From the NCBI RefSeq assembly GCF_001194135.2, contig NC_068999.1, forward strand, positions 1,602,669-1,666,478: DNA of 63,810 bases, in the 5' to 3' direction. Shown piece by piece: positions 1 through 13,563 of the stretch. Source of the stretch: Octopus bimaculoides. Lineage: Eukaryota. Within the stretch, counting starts at the first letter, position 1, and every line of letters begins with the position of its first letter. The notes beneath the pieces were generated by a model, which was given only the letters and a program-made list of their open reading frames with translations, did not search any database and had not been told where the DNA came from. The position numbers were made by a program, and so were the translations under genes.

Positions 1-1126
1 TGTACATATATATATATGTATATATATGCACACACACATATACCTATACACGCACACACACACGCACAAATATATATATATATATATATATATGCGTGTA
101 CGTATCTCTATATGTATACACCCATATATAGGTATATGTGCATGCATACATAAGGCATTTCTCGATATATTAAGAATATTATTTTGTGACTATTGTTGTT
201 ATTATTTTTATTATTAATGTTTTGTAAATCACTGAGACAAAGAAACTTAACTGAAGGAAAATTCCGAACATGAGACGTAGAATGAAATGTTTACCTGTTT
301 GCAGTAGCTGTCTGTGACTTCGAAATTTTGCTGAAAAATGCGCATCAACCCATGTTTCATAAGCGCTGCCCAACACAATATTTAGTTCGCCATACAAGAT
401 AATGCATACTCCGATAGACAAACTTCACACAAGACATCTTTCACATCTCAGGACAAACTCCGCCAGATATTAAACACTTCACCAAACGATCTAATCAGCA
501 CCGGACAATGCACATTGAACCTGGCGTTCCAGCTATGATCTACCTATCGTTTTGTATATTAGGGAATATGCTTTCATCTAAATTATTCCATTTTTTAAGT
601 TGGTAGCATGCGGATGAATTTCTATCAGGTCAAACGAACGCCTAGAAGAGTCCTCATTTAATATTGTACATGATTGTTCTGTGCATGCAGTAATGTATTG
701 CCGTTTTCTCTTCTTAACTGCAACTTCATCCTAACATTTCGCTCCTGCAGGGACCTCGGAACAAAACTAATCAATATTATCACTTGCTTAGTAACTGTTG
801 GCCATTTTAATATTGTGATGTTCCTATTCTACTCACATACATTCCTTGTGTGTATATGTGAGTAAGAGAGAGAGAGAGAGAAATTCTGTGTATGTAAACC
901 TACGTAACAAAAATAAGCAAGCGTGGAAAACTTGAAGTATTTATTCGTAGCCTGAAACAAAAATTAAAAGAACAACTTTAATAGATTTGCGATCGGTCTC
1001 ATTAGAGTTGTCTGCGTCACTTAAACAATCCCAGAGAAACAGACCACCAATCTGATTATATACTCAGCAAAAATCCAGTAGTTTAACATACACACACGTA
1101 TTTGTATGTGTATGTACATGGATATA

Positions 1127-1158
<32 letters not shown>

Positions 1159-2348
1159 NNNNNNNNNNNNNNNNNNNNNNNNNNNNNNNNNNNNNNNNNN
1201 NNNNNNNNNNNNNNNNNNNNNNNNNNNNNNNNNNNNNNNNNNNNNNNNNNNNNNNNNNNNNNNNNNNNNNNNNNNNNNNNNNNNNNNNNNNNNNNNNNNN
1301 NNNNNNNNNNNNNNNNNNNNNNNNNNNNNNNNNNNNNNNNNNNNNNNNNNNNNNNNNNNNNNNNNNNNNNNNNNNNNNNNNNNNNNNNNNNNNNNNNNNN
1401 NNNNNNNNNNNNNNNNNNNNNNNNNNNNNNNNNNNNNNNNNNNNNNNNNNNNNNNNNNNNNNNNNNNNNNNNNNNNNNNNNNNNNNNNNNNNNNNNNNNN
1501 NNNNNNNNNNNNNNNNNNNNNNNNNNNNNNNNNNNNNNNNNNNNNNNNNNNNNNNNNNNNNNNNNNNNNNNNATATATATATATATATATATATATATAG
1601 CATACGTATACAAGCATATATGTACGTATATATACATGTGTATTTGTATATGTGGTGGGAGAGATGTATATCTTCAGTGCTGCCAAGCGATATGAAATCT
1701 GCGCTAACACCATTAATGCACTGGCCTGTGTAACCCAATACAAAACTGTCATATTCTTTATGTTGTTATGCAAACTAAAGAAGTCATTAAATTCACAAAT
1801 AATTTTTTTTTTTTTTAATTTATAAGAAATAACAAGAATTATCAAAAAAAAAAAAAGAACACAATCGAAAAGCAATTTCAAAAACAATAGCTAAAACAAA
1901 TATGTTGTAATTCTGAAAATAGAGTGGCAGAGATTGCAAAATTGAATACGATAAGATATCCTGCGTTAGAATTTATGGCCAAAAACAATACTGGTCTTGA
2001 ATACGGAATGGCTCATTACACAATTTATGGCACTAATTTGGACATTTTCTCACTGTTATCTGAACGGTTTTTCACACAGCTTCTTACGAGAAGTTTACAC
2101 ACAGGCAAATATATACGCACACATATCCGTAACATGAACGCGTATAAACTTATATATGGATGCATCCATGTATGTATATATGTGTATGTATCTATGGTTT
2201 AAATTTAGAAATGTTTCACCAATATACACAGAAAGTCTGCTTCCAAATCAGAAACGAGATTCTTTCACTGTAATTTACTTAGCGACACTGTGGCCATGTA
2301 TAAATAATGTTTTGCTTCTGAAATGCATGTGTGCATATTATCTTGTGT

Positions 2349-2399
<51 letters not shown>

Positions 2400-3103
2400 C
2401 TTTGACAGGGAAATCAATTATTAAAGAAAGCAAAATACGTTTCCTAGTTATGTTTTATAGGTAATGTATGTTCTCCAAGCGACTGCAAGCGAGAAATGAC
2501 TCATAACGCTGCGCCAGGGACATCTGCACACCCACCCACCACCATTAGCATTGACAAGCATTTAGTTTCTTGGTTTGTTTTCTGTCGCTGCTCATAACTT
2601 CAATGATGTTTAATTGCTCAGCAAAAACAAAATTCCAGTTTATAGAATCCACGTTATAGAGTAGAGGAAGTCTATTGCCAGTATACAAAGTAGAGACAAT
2701 ATAAGTCTACGCTTTATTAAACAGATAATGTAAATCTACGTTATATAACAGTGGTATAACTTCGATTCTAAGTTATAGCGCAGAGGCAATAATTTAGACC
2801 GAGAGAGTATAGTGACAATATAATTGTATGTCTTATCGTAGAGATAAAAGAATTGCAGTTGATAGGAAGGGGTGATATATTTCCACGGAAACAGTGTAGA
2901 AAATATATAACTCCAAGTTGTATAGTGTAGCGCAAATATATTCACAGAAAAGAATGTCTATTTTCTCCAGTTACCATAATTATGTAAATAATAAATTATA
3001 ACTTATTGATTTCGTATTTCTTTACATTCTCCATAAATGTCAGTTTGTTTAGTAAAAGGATTTCTGCTGCAAATTTTCTACACTCGCTATAATTACAATT
3101 ATG

Positions 3104-3141
<38 letters not shown>

Positions 3142-3157
3142 CCCTTGAAATTGTTCG

Positions 3158-3244
3158 TGTTGTTGTTGTTGTTGTTGTTGCTGGTGGCGGTAGTGGCGCT
3201 GATGATGGTGATGGGGATACACTGCTGCTGCTGCTGCTGCTGCA
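3158..3244. repeat. (TTG)n-(GTG/GAT)n-(CTG)n trinucleotide block
   Basis: Directly visible. Confidence 0.9.
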
Positions 3245-3598
3245 ACTGGTTGTCATTGTATTTGTTGCACTTGCTTTCTTGATGTTCTTTATAGGTTTTG
3301 GTTACATATTCCACTGTGAAACTTATTCATCCAACTTTTGTTTCCAACTCAAACCCATTCTAACACAAGCGCATTCACGCACACACGATAACTACTCACA
3401 CACACCCAAATACGCACACAAGCAGCACAAATGCACACACACACACGTAAAGCATTATAAAGTGATTTGCATGAGGGTATATTTAAATGCACATAACCAG
3501 CCATACGTTTATACATATATACAGCTCTATACATATATTTATATATGTATACATGCATATATATATATACGTGTATATATACATACATACATATATAA

Positions 3599-3629
<31 letters not shown>

Positions 3630-3752
3630 TACATGTGTATCTATATGAGTTCAGCAAAAGTTTAGAATCTGATAAATATCGTACTTAAGTTGAAGCACCA
3701 GAATTTAGTATGGTATTATCCATACAATTTCAAAATAAGGTGATTATAATCA

Positions 3753-4097
3753 AAATAAGCAACAATGATATCCAGAGATGATGCAGTACGATCGTTTCAT
3801 GCAAGTCCATTTAATTGAACAATGCAACCATTATATCAGTTTAAATGCAAAGCAATCATCAGCTGCACAAAGACATAGAATTTAATTAACTGAAAAAACT
3901 GATGGACACATTAGTATAATTTTGCCTAAAATCTCCCAAAATTTAAGGCGATAGACAAAGAATATGCCGCCTTTCCTTTCCGTGCAGCTGAAGATTGTTC
4001 TGCATTTAAATTGATGTAATGGTTGCATTGTTCAATTAAATGGAGTTGCGCGAATCGATCGTACTACATTACCTCTGGATATCCCTGTTGCTTATTT
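3753..4097. repeat. Long imperfect inverted repeat (116-bp arms, 113-bp spacer); MITE/fold-back-like
   Basis: 3753-3868 AAATAAGCAAC...CCATTTAATTGAACAATGCAACCATT...CAGCTGCAC is the reverse complement of 3982-4097 with scattered mismatches and no evident indels. Confidence 0.9.
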
Positions 4098-4150
4098 ATA
4101 TATATATATACATACATACATATATACATACATACATACATACGTACATG

Positions 4151-4278
<128 letters not shown>

Positions 4279-4800
4279 AGAACTTTCAGCAGATATTCAT
4301 AGACATATAAAGAAGGAGAGAGTGTCTGAAAGAGGGGAGAGGGAGAGAGGTGAACGGTAGTTCTTCTGCAAGCGATTTTCATTTCAGATAAATGGCTGCA
4401 AATGAAATTATTACATCGTAACAGAGACAAGGTAGACATTGACATTACACATATAACGTTACGATAATTTTCGTTTCATTTCGCCGTATGATATAACAGT
4501 GTCTATGAAAACATTTGGTGGATGTTGTATATGTATAAATTATGTATATGTATAAATATGTATATGCATAAATTAGTCTCATTGAATGCCCTGGTATACT
4601 GATACGGTAAGTAATACCCAAGCAGTTGGTGGTTTTATAACTAAAATTTCGTGAAATACGACAATATGAAGATAAGCTAAAATAATATCATAATAGTAAA
4701 ACCACAAAACCGAATATAAATTAGCATCTGCGATTTCCTTTCCTGTATACTGCTTCAACGACGTGCAGACATGTTTGGGTGGTTAATATCTTCACTTCGT

Positions 4801-5217
4801 AAGGCGGCGAACTGGCAGAATCGTTAGCACGACGGGCGAAATGCTTAGCGGTATTTCGTCTGCCGTTACGTTCTGAGTTGAAATTCTGCCGAGGTCGACT
4901 TTGCCTTTCATCCTTTCTGGGTCGAAAATTTAAGTACCAGTTACGCAGTGGGGTCGATGTAATCGACTTAATCCCTTTGTGTCCCCTATGTTTAGCCCCT
5001 TGTGGGCACTAAAGATATAAGAAACGTTAGCACGCCGGACGAAAAACTTGGTATTTTGTCTGTCTTTACGTTCTGATTTCAAATTCTGCCGAGGTCGATT
5101 TGCCTTTCATCCTTTCGAGGTCGATAAATTAAGTACCAGTCGCGTACTGAGGTCGATCTAATCGACTGGCTCCCTCATCAAAAATTTCGTACCTTGTGCC
5201 TAGAGTAGAAAAGAATA
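4801..5217 (+). mobile_element. Dimeric tRNA-derived SINE (family A) with TSD
   Basis: Head AAGGCGGCGAACTGGCAGAATCGTTAGC (A-box-like) and B-box-like GAGTTGAAATTC. The core GAGGTCGACTTTGCCTTTCATCCTTT..GGTCGATAAATTAAGTACCAG occurs twice, and the tail is CCTTGTGCCTAGAGTAGAAAAGAATA. Flanking direct repeat TTCACTTCG at 4791-4799 and 5220-5228. Confidence 0.9.
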
Positions 5218-5227
5218 TATTCACTTC

Positions 5228-5242
5228 GCCACCAGATGGCTG
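5228..5242 (+). promoter_or_regulatory. Candidate CTCF-binding motif
   Basis: GCCACCAGATGGCTG matches the 12-bp core CCACCAGATGGC; motif only. Confidence 0.25.
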
Positions 5243-6089
5243 AGAGTAACTTCTCAATAGGAACTGAGTCGAGTGCATGCTGGTCCTTTGATTTGTCTCA
5301 TCCAATGACGAAGCGGTTCGGCAAAAATAACGACAGAATAAGGTGAGGGTTGTTCGCTTTGTTCGAGTCTGCTCTTTCAACCGATTTTCCGAAAGATTAC
5401 CCATAATCCTCTCACTGAAATATCTAAAACCATAAAGCAATTTGGTTTATTAGAGCAATAAGTGAACATTAGCGTCGCAAATTTTGAGGCTTCACATCAG
5501 TCAAATACGGTCAACGTATTACCGGCGTCCGGGATGATGGAGAAGTTTCTGGCACCTGAGGCAAATAAAACATGATATATTGTTTAACACCAAGGTCTGC
5601 GACAAGATACTTTCGCCATTGGTACCCAGGAGGGTTTAACAATCGCATTCATATAACCATCATCGAAATAAGTCTGTGTGCATGTGTGTGTTCATCTATA
5701 TGTGCGTGTATGCATGTAGTTGGGAATCAAACTACTCACTAAACAGTACAGCCAATCCTACGCCCACACGCATAGGCACTCTGTCATTTTAGTGACGACT
5801 ATATTCTGCGTTTTGGTTTTAAATTGCGAATAGCCATTTGATAATAGCCATTTAATAATTTATGTGCGTGTGCGTGCGCGTGCGCGTGCGTGCGCTTTCC
5901 CGCGCGTATATATTTATATATGTACACGCATGATGCAGCAATGTTGAGCAAAAGTTATCGTTGTAGTCTTTTTTTATTTAACAACATAAATATGCTTCTA
6001 TATCAAAAGTATTAACTGATACTAGAATTTAGTATTTCAATGGTTTTATATATAACTTTGCATAAAGATATTTCATAATGTATATATAT

Positions 6090-6124
<35 letters not shown>

Positions 6125-6824
6125 NNNNNNNNNNNNNNNNNNNNNNNNNNNNNNNNNNNNNNNNNNNNNNNNNNNNNNNNNNNNNNNNNNNNNNNNNNNN
6201 NNNNNNNNNNNNNNNNNNNNNNNNNNNNNNNNNNNNNNNNNNNNNNNNNNNNNNNNNNNNNNNNNNNNNNNNNNNNNNNNNNNNNNNNNNNNCACACACA
6301 CACGCTTTTAGCCTACGTGTGAATGTATGCAAATGGAATGGTAGTTTCAGGCGGTTGTCTTCTTTCACCTGTGACGTCTTCCTCACATTCCGCTATTTAA
6401 AATAACAATAAAACTGTCTTTGTAGCAAATATGTCTACCACAGATTGAACGTACAAGGGAGAGAAGATGGCGGTGCTGAACAGGGTGGCGTATAATCATC
6501 TGTTGCTGCCTGCGCTGATAAAGAAACACATTAGATTTACACAAAAATAATCCCAATAAAACAAACAAACGCATGCGCGTGGATATGTGTGAGTACAAAT
6601 CTGATATACGTATATAATAATATGAATATAAAATATACTGTTCAATCATGGGTGTGTATGCATAAATGTAGGGTATAGATTAATGCATACATAGATATGT
6701 GTATGGTCATAAATATGTACTTTTTTATGTGTTTGTATTTATGTATAACATGCATATAGATTTTCCTCCGTCTTCAGCGCATTTAATTCTATAGTAATCA
6801 TCGTATTTTGAAAAACTGCTTAGC

Positions 6825-6845
6825 ATGTATATGCATGCATATATT

Positions 6846-6880
<35 letters not shown>

Positions 6881-6884
6881 GAAA

Positions 6885-6940
<56 letters not shown>

Positions 6941-7010
6941 ATATATATATATACGTATATATGTATATATATGCGTGTGTGTGTGCATATACACATACAT
7001 ATATACAGGC

Positions 7011-7093
<83 letters not shown>

Positions 7094-7228
7094 TATATAT
7101 GTATATATGCATATATGTATATATACATGCAGATATATATACATATAGACTCATGTATACATACATACATACATGCATACATATATACACATGCTTACAT
7201 ACATACATATATACATGCATACATACAC

Positions 7229-7270
<42 letters not shown>
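6825..7270. repeat. Long compound (CA)n/(TA)n/(CATA)n low-complexity block
   Basis: Directly visible; representative of dozens of such blocks (e.g. 4098-4277, 8705-9160, 21365-21516, 31540-31815, 42922-43007, 56640-56830). Confidence 0.95.
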
Positions 7271-7709
7271 GCGAAAGCATCTTTTCCGTAGCATTGCTTG
7301 TATCTAATTCATTGCGAACAGCAAGACAGGCAATCTCTGAGGCAATCATTGGCACCAGAAATGCTACACAGAAAACGGGCTTCCATAGAAATGGTAATGA
7401 ATGTTTCAAGACAGAATTTTTTGCCTTGAGGAATAAATGTCAATTTATGAGAGATGAAGAATACAACTTGCCAACGCACAGCCTCCGCTTGCTTTTACAA
7501 ATTCATGGCTTTCCTATTCGAAGATTTTCTCTGTAGTTTATTTAGGTATTTGGAATTTATTTGTGAGGTTTATTTTAGGCTTTTTGTTTGTTACTTTTTT
7601 TCTTTCTTTTCTTATAGCTTGTCACGTTTGTCTTTTAAAATTTTGTCTGTGTATTTATTTAAGGTTATTCTTATGGATATTCGTAATACTATCGTTATCA
7701 TTATGAAAT

Positions 7710-7951
7710 GTCATCACCGCCATCACCGTCATCATCGTCAGCATCATCGTCGTCATCGTCGTCGTCGTCGTCGTCGTCATTCTCATCATCATCATCTTAA
7801 TATGCATTTTTAAATGCAAGTATTAGTTACATCTAGGATAACACGCATGAATTTATCCATAACTTTATAATTAGTATTATTTATTACTATTGTTATTGTT
7901 ATTTATTATTTATTATTTATTATTATTGCTATTATTATTTATTATTTATTG

Positions 7952-7983
<32 letters not shown>

Positions 7984-7985
7984 GT
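7710..7985. repeat. (CAT/CGT)n and (TAT)n imperfect tracts
   Basis: Directly visible. Confidence 0.9.
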
Positions 7986-7989
7986 TAAA

Positions 7990-8150
7990 TGGCAGAAGTT
8001 CCGAAGTGCTAGCACCTCGGATGACATGCTTCGCATCATTTCTTCATGTTTTGCGGTTCGGAGTTCAAATTCCTCCGTGATCGATTTTATATATTATCCA
8101 TGTGGAGTCAATAAAATAAGATTAAAAAAAGTTGAGCACTTGGGTTGTAA
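7990..8150 (+). mobile_element. Degenerate family-A SINE
   Basis: GGCAGAAG...GCTAGCAC...GGAGTTCAAATTCC...GTCAATAAAATAAG aligns by eye with the family-A head and core. Confidence 0.55.
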
Positions 8151-8205
8151 ACCCTCTGTCATTTGGGGGTCGCCGAAGCACCACTTATCAATCTCTTGAC
8201 GTGAA

Positions 8206-8445
8206 AAAATCGGTAAGTTTCCTTATTCTGGAACCTGTGTTTCCCACGAAGATGAAACAGAATTTGAAGTCAAGATCAGGAAAAAGAACGCAATTTCAGT
8301 ATTTCGTTGCCTTCGTCCAATATGGAGACCAAAATCCATCACTAAGAAGACAAATCTACAACAATACTCATTTATTATTTTACCAGCAGCCATCTACATC
8401 TACAAAACCTGACAAGTAGCGAAGATCTCGCAACTGCTGGACGTG
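8206..8445 (+). mobile_element. RTE-clade LINE fragment (C-terminal RT/thumb region), degenerate
   Basis: The frame not shown in the ORF track reads KIGKFPYSGTCVSHEDETEFEVKIRKKNAISVFRCLRPIWRPKSITKKTNLQQYSFIILPAAIYIYKT*QVAKISQLLDV. This parallels the RTE pattern FxYLGS...EI..RI.KA..VF..LR.IW....I...TK...Y...I.P..IY..ETW......LDV. Confidence 0.75.
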
Positions 8446-9746
8446 TCCTTGGCGGAGGTTTGAGCTCTCTGAGTGCTCTTGTTATTATCATTATTATTAT
8501 TATCATTATTATTATTATCATTATTATTAATTTCCTAGTTTTTAGTATTAATCTTGCTGTTGCACTTGTTGTCGTTGGAGTTTATGTTAATGCCGATGTT
8601 GCTGCTGATGGTGTTGATGATGGAATTTTACTAAAACCTGTTTACGTTGATAAGAAACCGATTTGAAATTAAATCACATAATGAAGATGACACGTCAGGT
8701 ATAATGATATATACATACATTCATACCCACTTGCACACACATACATACATTCAAACATACATACATTCACACATATATACATACATACAGACAAGCATGC
8801 ATACACACACATGCATACATACCTATATGTGTGTGTATGTGTGTGTTCTGCGTGTGCGTGTATATATGTTTGTGTGTGTGCGCGCACAGGTGTGTGTGCA
8901 TATATGTGTGCATGTGTGTGTTCTGCGTGTGCATGCTTATATATTTATATGTGTGTCTGCCTATGTTTGAGATTGTGTATATGTGTGTGTGTGTGTATAT
9001 GTGTCTGTATGTATGTGTATATATACGTTTGTATATATGTGAGTATATGTGTGTTCTACCTGTGCGTTTATGTATATGATGTATACGTGTGTGTGAGTTT
9101 TACGTGTGAGTGTATGTATATGTATATGTGTGTGTATATATGTGTTTGTGTGTGTGTGTGATTATGCAACGATCTAGACACGTACGCATGGTGCTGAACA
9201 GAAGTGGAAATCGTGCTTATATTTTCCTTTGAGTAAACACAATATGTTCGATATGTGCAAGAAAAAAATTTACGAGATAAGATATGTACTTTTACTCCCT
9301 ATTAAAAAATGTATACAACCGCATATGCAAAACATGAATATATTCACAATTATCAACAGACACATATAAAACACTACCTATACCTATATACACATGTGTG
9401 TGTATTTATACATGTCTGTATGTATATGGATACTTCTTTCTATGTGTGTGTGTGTATACATGTATATATATATATATCTGTAGCAATATGTTTATAATGT
9501 ATGTCTGGTTTCCTGTATAGGGGGGTGTGTGTGTCAGTGTGTGTAAGTGTGTGATTGTGTGTGTGTTATGACAATATTTGTTTTGTTTATAGCGATACAA
9601 TAAAACCAGACAGGTAACGCTGAGATTAAATTATCAGTAAATAAATAAAATAAAATAAAATTGAAGCAGAAATTGAAACCCAAGAAATAGCAAGATTTAG
9701 AGAGATTTCGAAAATAATCTCTCAATACACAGATATATGCGAAAAT

Positions 9747-9797
<51 letters not shown>

Positions 9798-11630
9798 NNN
9801 NNNNNNNNNNNNNNNNNNNNNNNNNNNNNNNNNNNNNNNNNNNNNNNNNNNNNNNNNNNNNNNNNNNNNNNNNNNNNNNNNNNNNNNNNNNNNNNNNNNN
9901 NNNNNNNNNNNNNNNNNNNNNNNNNNNNNNNNNNNNNNNNNNNNNNNNNNNNNNNNNNNNNNNNNNNNNNNNNNNNNNNNNNNNNNNNNNNNNNNNNNNN
10001 NNNNNNNNNNNNNNNNNNNNNNNNNNNNNNNNNNNNNNNNNNNNNNNNNNNNNNNNNNNNNNNNNNNNNNNNNNNNNNNNNNNNNNNNNNNNNNNNNNNN
10101 NNNNNNNNNNNNNNNNNNNNNNNNNNNNNNNNNNNNNNNNNNNNNNNNNNNNNNNNNNNNNNNNNNNNNNNNNNNNNNNNNNNNNNNNNNNNNNNNNNNN
10201 NNNNNNNNNNNNNNNNNNNNNNNNNNNNNNNNNNNNNNNNNNNNNNNNNNNNNNNNNNNNNNNNNNNNNNNNNNNNNNNNNNNNNNNNNNNNNNNNNNNN
10301 NNNNNNNNNNNNATATATATATATATATAATGGAGAGTGGTAAGGTACGGGCTTTCACAAAACATTGGTCGGCTCTCGATTGTATTACAAAAGAACTACC
10401 CAATGTGCCCCGCTGTGTAGCCTAGCCTAAAACCTCAAGGTTGAAAAGAGACCATTTTATCCACACGGATTATTGGCATGGATTAAGGAAGGAAATAGTA
10501 ATTATGAATGGTAGCGCTCATTAATTTTGTGAATAAGTTTGATTTGTAAGGCTGGGCTTTAAGGATGATCGAGAAAATGCTTTGAGGGAAACCCGTATAT
10601 TTCTGACAGATATAATAAACTTTGAAGGGGATAATTCATTATGCCAATAAATTTTATATCTATATTACTAACATCATTAGTAATTAGATGAGATATTTCA
10701 ATGTGATTGTTTCACTTACCTAATTAGTCAACTTTTAATCTTTATTTAATTTATTATAGTGAATTATTAGTGCGTAGAGGATTTCAGAATAATATTTATT
10801 TAAGTGATAACGAGCGCCGAATTTAAGAAGATGAGATCTGGGCTATGGGCGAATTCTTTGCTTTCAGAAACCACTTAAATTTGGAATTGATTTTACCTAG
10901 AGCTGAAATGTATGCTTCTAAAAGATTTTCCCTTTTCATATACATATTATAATTAATTTTGCCGAATCGCCTCTTAATTAGCATATTCAGAATACAATAT
11001 CAGTACAGGGAGTGAGCGAATTAATTAATTATAGAGATAACTCAAACTGAATTTGTATACTCAAGATTAATTGCCCTTTAGAAGAAATCCACATATTCAT
11101 TGAGTATTTAAAAGTACGATTATGATTAGTAAGGTTTTTAAAGATTTAAGAGTCAAGAAATTTCCGTACAGATATATGCATAATCATTCGACAACATTAT
11201 CAGCCTATATTTGGAGAGTGAAAAAGAGAAGCATTTTCATCAGGTCCAGGTAAGCACTTTAGAGAAGAGAAAATCCATATAACTGAATCTACAGTTTCTG
11301 CATTGTGGCTTTACAAAAGAACACGCACGTATGTACATACATATGTGAGGTAGAATGCAGGTGCATTGAGGTACCAGACCATGTTTATATAGTTTGTATC
11401 TATGTTTGGATATGTGGCTTTGTATGTACTTGTACGTATCTCTTTTTCTATCTATGTCTTCTGTAAACACAAAATTGCAATGATACAAATTGCCAGTCAT
11501 TCGTAATTCCAGCTACTGTTATATATTGTCTTGCTAAGGAAAAAACGTATTCCGTTCAACAGCGGCTAACGAGGCAAAAAGTCAACGAAACATCAAGATA
11601 ACCTACAGAGTAGTTTTTATTTATTTATGA

Positions 11631-11631
<1 letters not shown>

Positions 11632-11712
<81 letters not shown>
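11632..11712. repeat. (TA)n-(GA)n compound microsatellite
   Basis: Directly visible. Confidence 0.95.
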
Positions 11713-11714
<2 letters not shown>

Positions 11715-11736
11715 ATAGATTATCTTCTTCCTCACA

Positions 11737-12065
11737 TTGGCTCCTGCCCTCAGCTCCTTTCACGTCTCCCATTTATTGATTACGCACATCTACACTGCAT
11801 GGCCGTCTATACTTCAACACTTGCTCACCACCTCTATACATATACACCCACCACACGATGACCGACACATAATTCATCTGTTCTGCTCATTTCCAGGCAT
11901 GAACACACAACCACTTGTTCCTCTCTTTCGAGCTTCTCTGCTTAGAACAACATTGTCATCTGGTTTCTAATCCAACTCATTGCCCGGTTTTTATTTTGCC
12001 CACTAAATATTTATCTGCTTCTCTCTTTTTTCTGATGAAGGACTAACTTCCGCAACGTTAGACAT
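11737..12065 (+). mobile_element. Possible Penelope-like element 3' end with mutated hammerhead motif
   Basis: Ends CTGATGA-aggactaacttcc-GCAACGTT-AG (GAAA mutated to GCAA) at 12032-12059. The upstream peptide RHIIHLFCSFPGMN only loosely resembles Penelope GIY-YIG C-termini. Confidence 0.3.
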
Positions 12066-12765
12066 AATCGCTGACCGTTGAAGAGTTAAGCTTATAGCGC
12101 ATTTGTTAAATTTCGTTCTTCTCATAATGTCACGTTTACGTTCAATATATCTGTCCTATACGTATATATATATGTATGTGTGCTTTTATATTTGCGAATA
12201 TGTATATGTATACATGGTTTTTGCGTGTGTGTAAATTGGGATGGAAAATAGGGGAAAAAAGTGTGGAAGGAAACAGAGAAAGTAAAAAGAAGAAAAGTAG
12301 AATGCTAAACAATGCTGACACTTATGTATACATTATTACAGAAAAAATCTTGTATGGAAGCACAAAGAAAAAAACTAAAAAAATTCAATCGGAAGAATAC
12401 AGAAAAATAACTAAACAGGAAGTCATAAAAGACAAAAAGAGGTAGATTGAGGGGACAGGTAAACAATACGAGAGAGGAAAGAAGATAGGTGTAAAGCAAG
12501 GAGGGAAAGAGAAAGAGAGAGAAAGCAAGGATAGGAGTGATTATGTATATGTGTATATATATATATATATAAATGAGCGATTATTCATATATATATATAT
12601 ATATATATGAGTGATTATTCATATATGTATGTATATATATATATATATATATATATGGAGAGAGAGAGAGAGAGATAGAATACGAAGAAATTATTTTAGT
12701 AGTCATATATATCGGTTGAAGTTCGTTGCACACAAATGGTTTGGTTTCATCATCTGACAGAAAAT

Positions 12766-12835
<70 letters not shown>
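12766..12835. repeat. (TAG)n microsatellite
   Basis: Directly visible. Confidence 0.98.
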
Positions 12836-12836
<1 letters not shown>

Positions 12837-13106
12837 ATAGTTATTGTTGGTGGTGGAGTAACTATTTGCTTGTTTTTTTTAGTACTCTTTACTAGTGGTG
12901 TGTCAAGAACTTTTTTCTTTTCACAATTTGGGGAGATCTATTATGAAACGGAAGATGAAGGGAACAAGCAAACAAAAATCCAATTCTATATTTATATGCT
13001 CACACGTACATACACAGATACATAAATCAATACATATACAAATATACACACACAAACACACATAGATGACGAGACAGACTGATAAAAAATGTGTGTGTGT
13101 GTATGA

Positions 13107-13157
<51 letters not shown>

Positions 13158-13563
13158 NNNNNNNNNNNNNNNNNNNNNNNNNNNNNNNNNNNNNNNNNNN
13201 NNNNNNNNNNNNNNNNNNNNNNNNNNNNNNNNNNNNNNNNNNNNNNNNNNNNNNNNNNNNNNNNNNNNNNNNNNNNNNNNNNNNNNNNNNNNNNNNNNNN
13301 NATATATATATGTAAATATATACATATGTACATATAAAGATATATAGAGATATGTATGTACGTACGTATGGATGGATGGATGGATGGATGGACGGATGTA
13401 TGGATGTGGTTTAGATAAACTGTTGGTGGTAGTCCTCTTACGGCCGTTTCAGAGGCACAGTAATCCATAAATTTTAAGGGTGTTTTTACTCCAAAAATTG
13501 GATATGCCACCTTCATCACAGCGAGTATATTTATCAGAATTCACATTTCGTACAGTGTTGTAA

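Noticed and set aside
751-861. Strong branch/acceptor (CTAAC...CCTGCAG) with a hydrophobic 111-nt open exon
   Set aside because: It ends in TG/TA microsatellite-like sequence and has no recognisable protein; likely a pseudo-exon.
1924-2202. ORF VAEIAKLNTIRYPALEFMAKNNTGLEYG…
   Set aside because: No canonical donor, it runs into a microsatellite, and it is unrecognised.
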